248,000 bases of DNA from NCBI GenBank assembly GCA_951406725.2, contig OX597825.1:14900001-15148000 (forward strand), given 5' to 3'. The first letter of the stretch is position 1. The number at the start of each line of letters is the position of its first letter. The notes beneath the pieces were generated by a model that was not told where the DNA came from, made no database searches, and worked only from the letters and a program-made list of their open reading frames with translations. The translations under genes were made by a program, and so were the position numbers. Source of the DNA: Octopus vulgaris. Lineage: Eukaryota. Positions 1 to 14,188 of the stretch are shown here, one piece after another.

Positions 1-1327
1 TTCTTTGCACTTAAACTTTTCAGAGTTTGCGATAGTAGAAGCCGCGTGTGTTACTAGAGATTTTCAGAGGTCTTTTATACTCGACTGAAGATATCGGATG
101 TCGTACGTTTAGAAGAAGCGTTGTTTCAAATATAAAATATATGATGAGAATGACAAAGATGCGTCTAGGTAGCCGAGTGGAGGTGGTACCAAACCAACCA
201 GGTCTGGGAAGCAGTCACTATTTCAGATGTAATAGAACAGGTCATATAAGAAACATCATGTTTGTCGGATAGACACTGGCGTGTGTTAGCATGTGATTTC
301 ATACTGGACAATCCGGTGCCCTTCTTTGGAAATTTTCTGGTTTACTTGTGTATGTTTTCGTTATGGCATCCTCGATTCCTGAATATTAATCTGTTCCAAG
401 ACTTAATCTATACATCTATACGTGGTTATTATTTCAAGGCAGGGGCTGATTTCACTGGACTGAAGAGAAAGACCAGATTTTGAGATGAAATCTATGGTTA
501 GAAAGAAATATATTTTGGAAAAAATTATTGCTTTTAAAATCATTTTAATGTGAAATAAGAACCAAAATATTAAAAAGTATTCAAAAACAATAATTAATGT
601 GTATCTAATGCATTGTTTTAAAATCAATACAAATAGTGGATAATTACAATAATGAGTGTTTCGGAAAGTGGTTCTGTATTGTATGGACTTTACGTACAAC
701 AATAGCAAATAACTATTATTGTAAGTATGTACATTAGTGTTACGCTTCAAATAAATTCTATACTTAAATAAATAAACATTCGCTGCTCAACTTTAGATTA
801 TTGAATCTAAAGTAGCTTGGCATAAAATATTTACTATATTATCCGGTAAAACTATAACACACCGCTTGTAATATGCCCAATATCAATAAATATCAATTTA
901 TTCTACTACATTAACTTAACATCTTCATTACCTCCAATAAACACTTTAGTCACGAACAACATTAAACATTTTCATCACTTCAATAATTTTATATTTAATA
1001 TCAAAATGTCTCATTGTTTTCTTCTTTCCTGTGTACTCTGAAATATCTAACAACAATATTGTGGTCCAAATATTGTGAAAATTGTTCAAGATACATGCGT
1101 AATGTGATTGAGTGTATTTTAAGTTGAAATACCTTTTCACTTTTTAGTAAAAGACGTTCATACTACGAGGGACCTGAACTTAAAAATGATATCATGATAA
1201 GACTTTAACCGTATTAATGATTTATATCGTTATCTGTTATCAAACAATATAAAATGCGTCTAAATCATCCCACAAAGAATAAACAAAGCTCATAATATTG
1301 TTTTTTAAAGTATTAGAAATATAAATA

Positions 1328-1374
1328 CAGTGGTACCTCGGTTTTCGAATAAATCTGATCACGAATAAATCGTG

Positions 1375-1378
<4 letters not shown>
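1328..1378 (+). mobile_element. Terminal fragment of a Tc1/pogo (Tigger-like) MITE
   Basis: Starts TA-CAGTGGTACCTCGG, typical of Tigger-like TIRs; truncated by a (TA)n tract. Confidence 0.35.
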
Positions 1379-1432
<54 letters not shown>

Positions 1433-1638
1433 AAGTAGATAAATGAATAATCTTATTACGGATTATTCAAATGATAACCGACACCTGGGTAGCAAAAATC
1501 ACAACAGAAAAAGCACGGTTGAGGTTACGACCCTGGGGCCTAAAATCCGTGCCTTAGTGCGGAAATTTGAAGTTTTATATATTTAGTGTAGGAAGAAATG
1601 GAGCTGAACGAAGATTTAACAAAATTCCTTTTTATTAT

Positions 1639-1720
1639 TTTCTACATATGTTTCAAAGGCTGCAAAGTCCCTAATTCGGATTGAATAAGGAGTCCATTTT
1701 GCAGCCTTCTCTTCAGGAAA
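1639..1720 (-). ncRNA. Type I hammerhead ribozyme (family H1)
   Basis: Minus strand reads UUUC-CUGAAGA-[GAAGGCUGCAAA...UUUGCAGCCUUU, 12-bp helix II]-GAAA-CAUAU-GUA-GAAA. Helix I is UUUC/GAAA, helix III is the palindrome ACAUAUGU, and the cleavage triplet is GUA (1645-1643). Confidence 0.85.
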
Positions 1721-2919
1721 GTCCAGGAACTTAATTCTCCAACAAAATGCACAGCAAGCTTTTCGACAAACGCTCACGAGGAGCCCATGGAATAAATGGC
1801 ACAAACTGTCTATCAATATGCGTTGACGCCAGGCTGGGTGAAAGCCGACGAGAAAGTCCGTTGAGATAATTCAAGGTCAAAATCCGGTTAACAGAAGGGG
1901 AGTACAGGAAAATCAAAGGGTGTGAATGTATTCTGTATGACTGGTGTTAATATTTGAATTGCTTTAAGAATGAGTGCTAGAGTGTTTGAGTGTGAGAAAT
2001 TGCTTTCATGTATGTGTGTGTGCATCTATGTATGTGTGGCAGTGTGTTTAGAAGGCAGCAAGGGAGAGAGATATAGCTGGTATTAATGGTCAAGCAACAG
2101 AAAAGTCTGTGTCTGTGTGTTCGTCTGTAACCAGTTGATAGAGAGAGGGTGTGTCAACAATGGTCATGGCAGGATACAGTGCTGCTGACAGGGATGTCAG
2201 CAGTTCTAGACAACTAGCAGTTCTTACACTAACAGGGGAGTGATATCCCCTTACAAATTTAATTCAATTTTTCTTCCATTTTCTTAGGAAATCAAGGGGT
2301 TAACTATATTAGACTTCATTGGTATGAGAGAAAAGTATGCCGTTTCCAGTGTGGGCATCTGAAAGAATTTTGCACAATCGAGTTAACAAGGTGCTCTCGG
2401 GCGAACAGAATATGAAAGAGTTCCGAGTTGCAAAGCGCACAGGTTTTTTTGCCCTTATCAAACGGTAAAGACACCGATAAAATTGAACATTCCAGTCTAA
2501 AAGTTGAATTCGCGTTCTTCAAACGCCAGAGTAATTTACTTAGGTAGGTTAGATCTTATGTGCAGTTTCGCCAAGCAATTGCCAGAAATTTCCCCCAGGT
2601 TTCGTAGACTGCGAGAAAATCGCTATGAAAAGCCATAAAATCACTGTATGAATCATAGACTAGCACCAAACACACAGAAAATATATCGAAAGTCTTTTTT
2701 CGCTAGTTGGCTAATGGGTCATAGAACATATGCACCAATACGTGGGGGTGCTGAAACATTTTCAGCTTTAAGAGGATAGCTTCCGAGTTTGAAAGGCTTA
2801 GGACCATTGCACTAAATATGTGAATCTAAGAGGGCCGGATGTAGTATAAAATCTGATGCTCCTACCGAAAGTCAGGAAATGTTCAGCCCCATCCCCTACA
2901 TACATATATATATGAAAAC

Positions 2920-3205
2920 GCATGGCTCAGCGGTTGGAGCGCCGAGCTTACGATCGTGAGGTTGGGAGTTCGAATCCCGGACAGGGCTGCGTGTTGTGTT
3001 CTTGAGCAAGACACTTTATTTCACGTTGCTCCAGTTCACTCAGTTGTGACGTCACAGGTTCCAAGCTGTATCTGCTGTTGCCTTGCCCTTGGATAACACT
3101 GGTGGCGTGGACAGGGGAGGCCGGTACGAAAGGGTGACTGGTGGTCTTCCATAAACAACCTTGCTTGGACTTGTGCCTGGGAGGGTAACTTTCTAGGTTG
3201 GGTCT
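2920..3205 (+). mobile_element. tRNA-derived SINE, group C
   Basis: A box TGGCTCAGCGG, B box GTTCGAATCCC, core TGTGTTCTTGAGCAAGACACTTTATTTCAC; siblings at 127052, 172133, 179150, 217003. Confidence 0.85.
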
Positions 3206-3997
3206 CAATATATATATATATGCGCGTTTTTGTGTAAGTTCGACCCTGTGTAATCATGGATTTTAAAAAAGAACTTTTAAGAACCTGAAGGAAATTATGT
3301 TCGCATTGATATCTTTAAAGAATCGGTAAAAGAAACGAAACATTTTATTTGTGTGTCTCAATCTACGTATATATACAATAGCGTTAGTGGAGTAGAATAG
3401 TTTCTGTAAAACGTTAATGTTTCCATTTTCGTATGTTGCCTCTTTTAAATTCGTTGCATTGTTAGTGAAATCATAAATTCATATTGGAAATCTTGCCAAC
3501 TCCATTTGAACATCACTGAACAGCGACATAGAAAATGCAAAACTTTGGTAAATTGGAAAAACTCCAACTTTAAACTGATAACAACTTAATTTCCATTAGC
3601 CAATAAGAACTGCAAAAACGTCTGGTAATGCAGTAGCAAGCAAAACCAATGTGAATATTTTGACATAGTCTTGTCAAAAAACATCTTCAAAAATATATCA
3701 GACTTTGTAAACAGAGAAAATATATTGCATTTAGATAAAAACAACATAGGAAATAAGGAAAATATTCGAATGGTGAGCATTAACGGTGTGAAATGCGAAA
3801 TTCGCAAAAATATATAGAATACGTCGAAAAATTGCAAAAGCGAAGATTTTCTGCTAACTATGCCCGTAATGAATTCGATCTCTACATGATTTTAAGAAAT
3901 ATTCGATTTTTTGTGTGTATCAAGTGAACTATTCTTTTCAAATAGCTTTAAATGCTTAAGTATAGCTGTAGGCGTTCGATATATAGTCAAACAATTT

Positions 3998-4036
<39 letters not shown>

Positions 4037-4265
4037 TGTTGGATATTATGTTAAATACTAACGGAAAATAGTCAGTCACATACACACACACACATGCGAC
4101 CACACACACACACACACACACTCATGCACACACTCTCTCACACACACAAAAACACCGCCTCACATACACATACACACGCTCACACACATATGCACGTATA
4201 TATAAATATATATACGTACAGACAAGTACATACATACATACATACACGCACTTACATGCAGTTCC

Positions 4266-4310
<45 letters not shown>

Positions 4311-4448
4311 ATACATATATATATATATATATACATACATATATATATATATATATACATACATATATATATATATACATACATATATATATATATACAT
4401 ACATATATATATATATACATACATATATATACATATATATATATATAA

Positions 4449-4485
<37 letters not shown>

Positions 4486-4540
4486 AATACATATATATAT
4501 ATATATATATGAATATATAAACATACATACATATATATTA

Positions 4541-4582
<42 letters not shown>

Positions 4583-5032
4583 TGTGTGTGTACATATGTA
4601 CACACACATATGTGCTTACATATAGTCATATATATAACATACACGAATAAGTTAAAATAACATATATAATAGATACAGACTATAAGAGCTCAGACTGGAC
4701 TAGATACAGAAAATCTAACATCGAAGGAAGGGTGACGGAGTTCAAGCAAATAAGAGATAGCTACAGGCAATGTACCGGGCGATGTAATGAAACTATAATA
4801 TAATAAAAGATGGAAGGAAGGCGAGACGGTTGTAAATGGCATAAAATCATTTATGAAATATTTATAAAGAAGAGAGTAAAAATATATATGGAAATTAAGC
4901 AGCAAAACTGGAAAATCTGGAGAATAACTGCGTAGATTTTGTTTTATATTAAGATCTGTATAACTATCTAATCTATGATGTGCTCCAAATTAAAACTGCA
5001 TACATATACACGCATAGACAGAGAGGTTACAT

Positions 5033-5245
5033 ACGGCGAGCTGGCAGAAACGTTAGTACGCTGGGCGAAATGCGTAGCCGTATTTCGTCTGCCGTTACGT
5101 TATGAGTTCAAATTCCGCCGAGGTCGACTTTGCCTTTCATCGTTTCGGGGTCGATAAATGAAGTACCAGTTATGCACTGGGATCGATATCTGTCCTTGTT
5201 TGTCCCCTCTGTGTTTAGCCCCTTGTGGGTAATAAATAAATAAAA
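5033..5245 (+). mobile_element. tRNA-derived SINE, group A (Meta-like core, tail 1)
   Basis: Head GGCGAGCTGGCAGAAACGTTAG, B box GAGTTCAAATTCC, core GTCGACTTTGCCTTTCATC..GGGGTCGATAAA, tail AGCCCCTTGTGGGTAATAAA; roughly 30 copies in the window. Confidence 0.9.
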
Positions 5246-7250
5246 ATGTATACGTCCATACACATATTTGATCAGTTTAAATATCGTTTATTTTTAATGA
5301 AAAACTAACACAATAGCGTATTTAGTTATATAATATATCTCTGATACCCCAAACAAGAATGGCATGAATCAGATAATACTAGCGTATAGATATAGAACTA
5401 GATAAATTCCGTGCTGAACTGCTATGGAATCTTAAGAAGACATTACATAATACATCCAGCCTATATTTTCGAAACAAGCAAATGTTGCATTTTACTTGTA
5501 ACCAAAAATAGCATATGTGTATATTTAAGAATTGAATATCTACAGGAAAATTGCCAGCTTTAAAAAGATGTATGAAACTGTGTCAAATATAACAGAAATC
5601 TGATTGTTTGGTAAGCGGACGTTGATACAAATAAAACTCAACCCATAAGATGCTCCATACAGAATATTATAAACATACGCTCTCTTCCAAATTTCAGGTA
5701 TTTCGCTCTAATAGAAAGGACTATTATAATACACAATATTTTAACATTTTTTATGATACAATTCCTAATAATATTTAATTATGAAAATATATTAATATAT
5801 TTTAAACATCGAATGGCTACGGTGGTCCATCCGAGCGAAAAACAAATAAATAAATGGTGTCCATAGGTAAAAGAAATGATTGAGAAACACCGGTGAAGGT
5901 GAACGTTAGACTGCCACTAATCAATCTTGGATGAAAAGTTGAAGTACATATAACGTTATATACATGACTTATATTCAGTGCAAGACACGGACATCCGTCT
6001 TACGAAATGTCGTTTGCGTTATGGTTGAAGGATAGAAATCCTACAAGACGTTATAGTGAACGTATGCAGTTATAGAGATACTAACATTTTACTGCCTATA
6101 TATTATTAAATATGTCATCTATCTTTTGACAGAATGATTCTAAGTGGAGTAGTATCAAGGATATGTGCATATGTATTTGTGTGTGTGTCTGTGTCTGTGT
6201 CTGTGTGCGCGTGTTTATGTAATACGAATAATAGGATAATTACCGTGCACGGATATGATGTAACTGAAATATCAAATGATTTTATGACAGCAGACATGTT
6301 GTACTCAATTGTAGTGAAATGTCCGGCATTGCGATGGAAATGATAATTCGAACATTTACGCCATTTCATTAGTGAAGAATATATGAAGAACTTATTTAAG
6401 ATAATAAAGAAACGAAAATATTATCTTCCCTTAATTAAGAGTTTATCTTCTACGTAATGACAGTTGCTCAAACTCATTTGGAATCGTAGCCAGAAGATAT
6501 TCAGTGACAAGTAGATTTAGAAAAAAAAAAATCAATTATTACAAATGCTTATTCTTCCAATGGCAAAGTCGCAAACAGGTAATTCAGCAATTTTTTTTTC
6601 TATTGTAAAGTGGTACCACGGTTGTGTTTACGCCACGTATGACTCCATTATTGCTATCACAGGTTTTGATGTCCTTCGAGGCGTTTTACTTCACTGCCTT
6701 CTGACAATAATAAAGAAATAAACGCAAGAAAGCGTACAACATAACTTTTAGATCTCTTGAAGTAATTTATATTCAAAGAAAGTCCATTTCACCGAAATGT
6801 CAACATTGTCTAACGTGTTCATTTATAACAACGTTTGAAGGTTTCTTTATGAAGACACAAAGGGAAAAGTGCATCACATAATTAGACAATAAAATATTCT
6901 ACCCTCTCACAACTCTACAAATCTAATGTTGTTTAAATACATATAAATTGTTCACAGGTCGATAAATTGTTCACATTTTCGTTTCATCTGTATTTCTGTA
7001 TTCTTATTCATATATATATGGATTTTTATGAGAAGAATATTATTACTCTAAACGTATTTTACGCGAAGTATATGCTGAAATTATTCATGCTAAATGTAAT
7101 GATGCATGCATAGTGTTGGATATAATTATATGTGAATTTATAAAATTTTATTTGCACGTATATACATATGTGTAAGCTTGTATACACTGATATACAATTG
7201 TCATAGAAATATGTGTATAACTTTACATGTGATTGCCTGTATGTGCCTTT

Positions 7251-7340
<90 letters not shown>

Positions 7341-8904
7341 TAATTGGTTAATGAGAGACGGAAGATCGAAGACACGAGAACTTTAATTAATCATTACAAT
7401 TGTTTCAACACGAGGTATGTTTTGTATTTTGGTATTTGAGAATGTAACAATCCAATAGGTATAGACGATTAGTTTTATTATCTAATAATATATATATTTA
7501 TCACGTCTTACACAGCAGCTTTGAGGCCGCCTATTACATGTCACTCATTCGACGTTTACATCTTCGACATTTCTGTCCCTTAGAACCTCTCTTTCTCTTT
7601 ATCGTTGTTTATACGCGCAAATTTCTGTACGCGTGTGTGTTTGCATGTGTACCAAAAGTACTATCGCCAAAACACGTCAACCTGGCCAAATCGTCGACAT
7701 CCAAACTGCCGCGCCAAACCTGCTCATTCCGTTTTGGGCAGATGGTATCAAAAGCAATAGTTTTGTGCCAATCACTCTTTATGTCAGTGGTGACTAACGC
7801 GCCATTTCTGAAACAATAATTTGTAATAACTCCTGCGCTCATTTACCACAAGAAATTTGCATCGTGGTTTAGGAGATTGAATATACTCCAATCTTTGTTA
7901 AATAGGCAACAGAGCACTTCTATAGTCATCTGAATATATAATCGCACTTAGACACCAAATAGAAGACCATTTCATGCATGCATCATTTACCAAATTTCTC
8001 TAAGCTCTAATAAAATTATTCTGGCTTACAATTTTTGTTAAAAACTGACATTTTCTCAGATACCATTGATAAATATCTTACAACATTCGTACTTATGATT
8101 TTTCTTTTATTTACTCAAATATAATCTTTTGTCAGTTATTGAGGGCGTTTAGATTATCACTGTAGCGTAACTAGGCTAAAAGATGTATTGCATTTTGTTA
8201 TCGGCGGTCTGTATCTAGCAATATACATGAGCTGATGGACCTCATCATACTATAAACTGATGTTTTGAAGCCTAACGATGTTATAAATGTAGAGTTACCT
8301 TGCAACTCCAGGATCTTTTTCTGTCTTCTGCACTATAGAACCCCGGCGAAAAAAATTAAGGAGCTCGGACAGAGAGCAGAAATGAGAAATATTAATAAAT
8401 ATGTAACTGCAACATCAAACCTGCTCTGAAGACTGAGTTCCTTTATTTCACAATCGTGCACATTTAAATTCCCTTCCATTTTCAAACACATTATTTGACA
8501 TGCGTATTTAAAACTTCCTTATGATACACTACCATACCAAATTCCCCAAACCTTTTAGAGCAGGCCCTATCATACATTAAAGAGTTCCACTTGCGACGAA
8601 TCGACAGTGTATGTTCTATGCAAAAACGTTGTTTAGTCTTTCTTTTCGACTTTTGATTTGATGCTGGAAGCTGAAATATAGAGTTCACGTTTTAGGAGCT
8701 TCATCAGCTTCACAGAATAAATTCTGTTTTCAGAGGTCCTATGCTTGTTGTAGGCAATTTTCTGCATAGCATGGATAAGCTGAATACTTGTTACTGTTTG
8801 GGAATCTGATTCTGATGATATTAAATGGAGGAATTATTTTTCTTGAATGGAAAATTTTAAATTCCTCCGGCACCATTCATACTTCGCACTGATTTGTACC
8901 CGCG

Positions 8905-9213
8905 ATATTTTTGTTTGTTACTTCTCGAGCCACGCCTGGCTCATATGGGCCGGTTTCCCAGTTTCCTTGGTGTATAGGTTCCCTACCTGGACGGGACGCC
9001 AGTCTTTCGCAGATGAGCTGCAAGATGCAGGAGGAAAGCGCGAGAGAAATTTGTAGCGAAAGAGTCAGCAAAAGTTCGCCATTACCTTCTGCCGGAGCCG
9101 CGTGGAGCTTAGGTGATTCGCTCATAAACACACATCGCTAGGTCTGAGATTCGAACTCACGATCCCTCGACCGCCAGTCCGCTGCCCTAACCACTAGGCC
9201 ATGTGCCTCCACA
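8905..9213 (-). mobile_element. tRNA-derived SINE, group D head with tail 3
   Basis: Head GGAGGCACATGGCCTAGTGGTTAGGGCAGCGG with B box GTTCGAATCT; sibling at 183865-184170 (+). Confidence 0.8.
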
Positions 9214-9229
9214 CCCGCGATATTGAGCG

Positions 9230-11150
9230 AAAATCGTTCCTCTTCCCTGTTCCAACGAGATTACGGAATATGTGTGCGTTTGAATAAATGCTATTATAGG
9301 TATTTGATGTCTTTAACTGATAGACAGATTTCAGCAGTGATTGGGTTTTCGCAATTCTAAAGTAACCAAGCATTGTAGGGAATATCGTGTCCATTACGTA
9401 AGGAGATATTTCTAACTCCAACAATATCAGTATTACTTTATTAGTAGGACTTTGGGAAAATAGTGTGGATAGCTTAATATTTGTGAATGGAAATGTCACT
9501 CGTGGGTGTAATTCAAACTATATTTTCCCATTCACATGCGCAGTAAAGTCGTATGCAGTTCTCTCCGATGCTTGTGTTATTTGATTGTGCATTCCGGCAG
9601 AAATAGCTCTATCGATTTCTTTCTATATGCTGTGATCGTTTTCTAATTTAAAGTGAAAACACCAATGAGGTAAACATGTTTCTCGTCTTCAATAATACAA
9701 CGTTCATCATGATTCCTTAAGCGTCGTATTCGAAATCCTGTTGATGTTGATCCCAATTCAACTTGAAAAGTCGTTCACTTATAAGAGGACGATCTGCAAC
9801 CGTTTGATGTTCACTGAATTGACTTGTGAGGTCTTCGCAATTTAGTTTGTAGGTGAGTGTCACAAATAATGCTAGTTTCCCAAAGTTCTACAAAATGACT
9901 TGCAACGTGCCATAGGATCTTGTCAAATGTCACAGTAGATGGTAATTTCATGTAGCACCGTGTAAACATTCACTTGTATCATCATCACCGCCTTTACCAA
10001 AGCATTTTACATATCTAATTTTAAATATTGTCGGTAGTTTCGAATATTGTGCAAACGAGCAGATTGGTATTAGGCGTATTGGTATAGAAAATAACTCTTT
10101 AATCGATGGTGTCGGTTACACGATTTATTACCTGAATCATCTATGTCTATTATCTCAAAAGAATACAATTGGAGAGACGCCATTTTCTCAAATGCGTATT
10201 TCCTTCAGTGCATTGAGATGTCATCCATCTAAGTTGCCAGGAAAGTATGGATATATAACAGGACATATTCTTTGTAAAATTCGCTAAACATTTGAATACA
10301 TGGCTGATAGCTCTCTGCATTGAACTTATCAAATTTGTTGCAAGGTGACGATTTTCATCGCCAATGTCAGGTAAGTCATATCTTCGCGGCTAATATCTTC
10401 TCAGCAAATCATACCTTCTCGGCAAATCACAACATTTCGGCAAGTCACCACTTCTCGGCATGTCATACCTTTTTCTAAAGAATTAACCATCTGGAATGTT
10501 GTCAACGTGCAATCCAATAGAAACATTTACTGGTTTTTGTCAGCATAAATTTCTTTGACAGATTTTCTTTCAAATACCTTTTTGTTAGCGGAAGGCATAA
10601 CAGATTGAAGCGTACCTGATATACCATCAATATTGTCTATTTCTTTACCTGCAGGGAATTTCTGCAAATTTTGAAGCAGTTCTTTAGAACGGTAACATCA
10701 AATTTGCAGACAGGATATTGCCACTGTAATAGCATTTCTTTCTTTTGCAAAATAATCTATAAGCAACTTCTTGAATTCTGCAAGGTTAAACTGCCTCGAA
10801 CAACTATAGGAACGTTTGATTTTAAGTTCCACACGGTCATAGTAAAGTTGAAGCTCCAAATGTTTCTTCTCAAACATTTTGCTTCTAGTGAATCAATTAT
10901 GAGCATTTGATGTAGCTGAAGAGGTAAACCTGGTACGTCTGAAATATGGATAAACTCAGATATATAGTAAATAATAAAATCGAGATTGCCGAATGGTCTT
11001 CTAGTGCAGTCTCTCATGAATATCAATGCATTAAAACGACGGCATTTCACGTCCATTAAGCTGGAACACTGACGGGTTACATTGACAGCGAATTCCATTA
11101 CCGAGGCTATGTTATATTGCTTTGCAGCATTCATCATCTAATTTTGTCAG
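9230..11150 (-). pseudogene. Degraded Helitron RepHel transposase (Rep domain)
   Basis: Minus frame near 9770-9900 reads FGKLALFVTLTYKLNCEDLTSQFSEHQTVADRPLISERLFKL, resembling the Helitron Rep motif G.PDLF.T.TCNP.W..I....Q...DRP...RVF.LK. It is followed by IDRAISA (compare IDRIISAEIP). Many stops and frameshifts. Confidence 0.6.
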
Positions 11151-11637
11151 TTTTGAAGATTAATCCATTCTATGCTATTAGTTCGGGTGTTTGTTCTTGA
11201 GAGGGGCGTTGACGCGCTTGAGCAAGCTGTTCAGCCAATTGTTCTAGAATGTGTTTAGGCTGCTATCAAGGGACTAATTGTCATGCTGCTGAACAGGTTA
11301 GAGCGGCACGACGTAGAGCAGTTCTATGAGGATCAGCATTCTGAGACAAAATACATTGTTACTGTAGTCGAGAGCAAGGAAAGTACTTAGATTTAGTTGT
11401 GAGTACACGCTTGTTGTGGAAATATGAGTGTTGATTTTGCATCCATAATACAAGGGATTCGTGTTTCGAATGCTGCGAGCAATGGGTCGGACTATCTGCA
11501 CCATGCACATATACACGCCCCATACAAAGATATATATATATATATGTGTATATATATACGCGCACACATACACATAACTTCCCTCTCTCTCTCTCTAACA
11601 CACGCACACATGCACATATACACACACGCACACAGAG

Positions 11638-11675
<38 letters not shown>

Positions 11676-11777
11676 CTCTCTCTCTCTCTCTCTCAATATA
11701 TATATGTATATATATATATATATATATTGATGCAGATATCTATTTACATGTTTATGTATAAGTAGATAATTTGATGT

Positions 11778-11851
<74 letters not shown>

Positions 11852-12754
11852 GGATGATACTGATAGAAATGTGTATGTATGCATTTATCCATATCAAAAT
11901 TATATAGTATTCAAGATCATCGTAATGAACAACAGAAATATTTCAATTTTAATATTTCAATTTGTAAATTTGTAAATTGTACTCTTCTAAAGTTAGCGAA
12001 GGAAGAACATCACTGCATGCACGATCGTCTTTAAAATATGCAGATTTAATATTCACGTGTTAGTTAAATGATGTAAGCACATATTTCGTACGTTTATGCC
12101 ATCAGTATTATTATATAAATAACGTATATAAGTTGGGATATTGTTATAAGAACACACGTGTAATATAGCTATGTCGTAGCCAGTATGTCTTGGAAATGCT
12201 TCTCTTTATTATTCAATATTATATTAGTCTTCTTTCAATATGGATATTTCACAGTTTCATAGTCAACTAACATTACAGATTCAGTGATGAGACATCTATA
12301 CTATCACTTCATCTGGGAAAAAGCAGCTCCCAGAGCTGAACCAAATCATAATCTTTTGTTTTGAAATGCAACATGATATCGTCCAAAAGTCTCATTGTTG
12401 GATTCTCTGATCTTGGTTTGGCGGTAGCTAAACGAACACAACGATCCCGACGAACAGTAAATTATACAAAGGTTTGTGCATTATTTTCAACACGTTAAAT
12501 AGAGAATGGGCATTTTATTATAACATAGCTGCTACTGCATAGCAGCATAGGATTATAAGCAGAGTTAGTAATTTAATTCCACATTCAATACGGATGCCTC
12601 TTTATTTCTACATACGCTATTTAAGTTCAAACAGTTGACTTCTCACGGACGTGCTCAGTTTGCGTAAATCACAAAATGGAGTCAGCTTTGACACTATGCG
12701 ACAAGCTTTGGCATTTTTAGGTTAGGTGGGATCGATTAAGAGGTCTCAATAGAC

Positions 12755-12827
<73 letters not shown>

Positions 12828-13740
12828 TGTTTCTTTATTAGCCACACAGGGCTGCACACAGACGGGACAGATTACAAAGTAGAGCTTTTCTTTTTGCGAG
12901 GATAAAAGTGGTGTAGGTTTTCGATCAAAAGGGATCGTAAAAAGGAAAGAGAAAAAAAACAATCAATAGGGATCGATAGATAGATAGGGAGGGAGGGATC
13001 GATTGACAAACGGACTGACGGATGAAAGGATGGATGGAGGGCTGGAGGGCTAGATGGAGATTAGGAGAAGTAGAAATTTCACCTCGACAAGACTTGAAGA
13101 TCTTGTTCAAAGCTTCGGATTGATTACAAGCGCTAAAGAATCTAATGGTGCAGCAAAATTAACAAAACGCCACTTAAATAAACGGCTCTTTAACAGAAAT
13201 ACCAATTTTAGTATTGGGAAATTCTTACTACGACAAATTCAATTTTAGGTTTATTGCTTCAGTTAAAATTATAAGCTGAAAATGAAACAGATAGAGACAG
13301 TCTGTCTGTATGTTGCCTTTACTGGTCTCATCTGACAACTGATGTTATATTGTTTACGTACCAGTAACTTAACAGTTCGGCCAAATTAGTGGCCAGTATA
13401 ACAGATATCAAATTACAATAAATAATGCGATTGGTTTAATTGACTAAATCTCTTAAGGCGTTCTCCGAGAATGTACGCAATACAATAAATCCATTCGAAG
13501 AGAGAAAACTCACACACAAACACCTACGTGCACAAAATCTGTGGATAGACTAAGCTTCAAATTCTCAACAAGACCTATGAAATAAATCCACTCATTATTG
13601 AGAAGAGTGTTTTTCTCCAATAAAAGATGTCTTCGTTTATGTATACTAGAAACACAAATAACGTTGTATATTAGTGTCCGCACACGTGTGTGTGTGTGTG
13701 TGCCAGTGTATGTACGTGTGTGTTAATATTTATATGTGTA

Positions 13741-13952
13741 TTACTCTTTTACTCTTTTACTTGTTTCAGTCATTTGACTGCGGCCATGCTGGAGCACCGC
13801 CTTTAGTCGAGCAAACAGTCCCCGGGACTTATTCTTTGTAAGCCCAGTACTTATTCTTTCGGTCTCTTTTGCCGAACCGCTAAGTTACGGGGACGTAAAC
13901 ACACCAGCATCGGTTGTCAAGCAATGCTAGGGGGACAAACACAGACACACAA

Positions 13953-14024
<72 letters not shown>

Positions 14025-14188
14025 GACAGGCTTCTTTCAGTTTCCGTCTACCAAATCCACTCGCAAGGCATTGGTCGGCCCGAGGCTATAGCAGAAGACA
14101 CTTACCCAAGGTGCCACGCAGTGGGACTGAACCCGGAACCATGTGGTTGGTTAGCAAGCTACTTACCACACAGCCACTCCTGCGCCTA
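13741..14188 (-). mobile_element. tRNA-derived SINE, group B (CORE-like segment, internal (TA)n(TG)n, GAGTAAAA tail)
   Basis: Head GCGCAGGAGTGGCTGTGTGG, B-box-like GGTTCAGTCCC, CORE-like CTTGGGCAAGTG, internal microsatellite, 3' repeats of GAGTAAAA. Confidence 0.85.

Noticed and set aside
2920-3000. tRNA-like heads as genuine tRNA genes
   Set aside because: No complete acceptor stem, and each head continues into a SINE body.
4094-4644. Long YI/IY-rich ORFs, here and throughout the track
   Set aside because: These are translations of (TA)n/(CA)n microsatellites and carry no coding signal.
7538-7842. ORFs with ordinary amino-acid composition as possible exons
   Set aside because: No recognisable domain or convincing splice context.
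8670-8712. Minus-strand CUGAUGA followed by AAAACGU as a hammerhead
   Set aside because: No helix II, GAAA is mutated, and the triplet ends in G.
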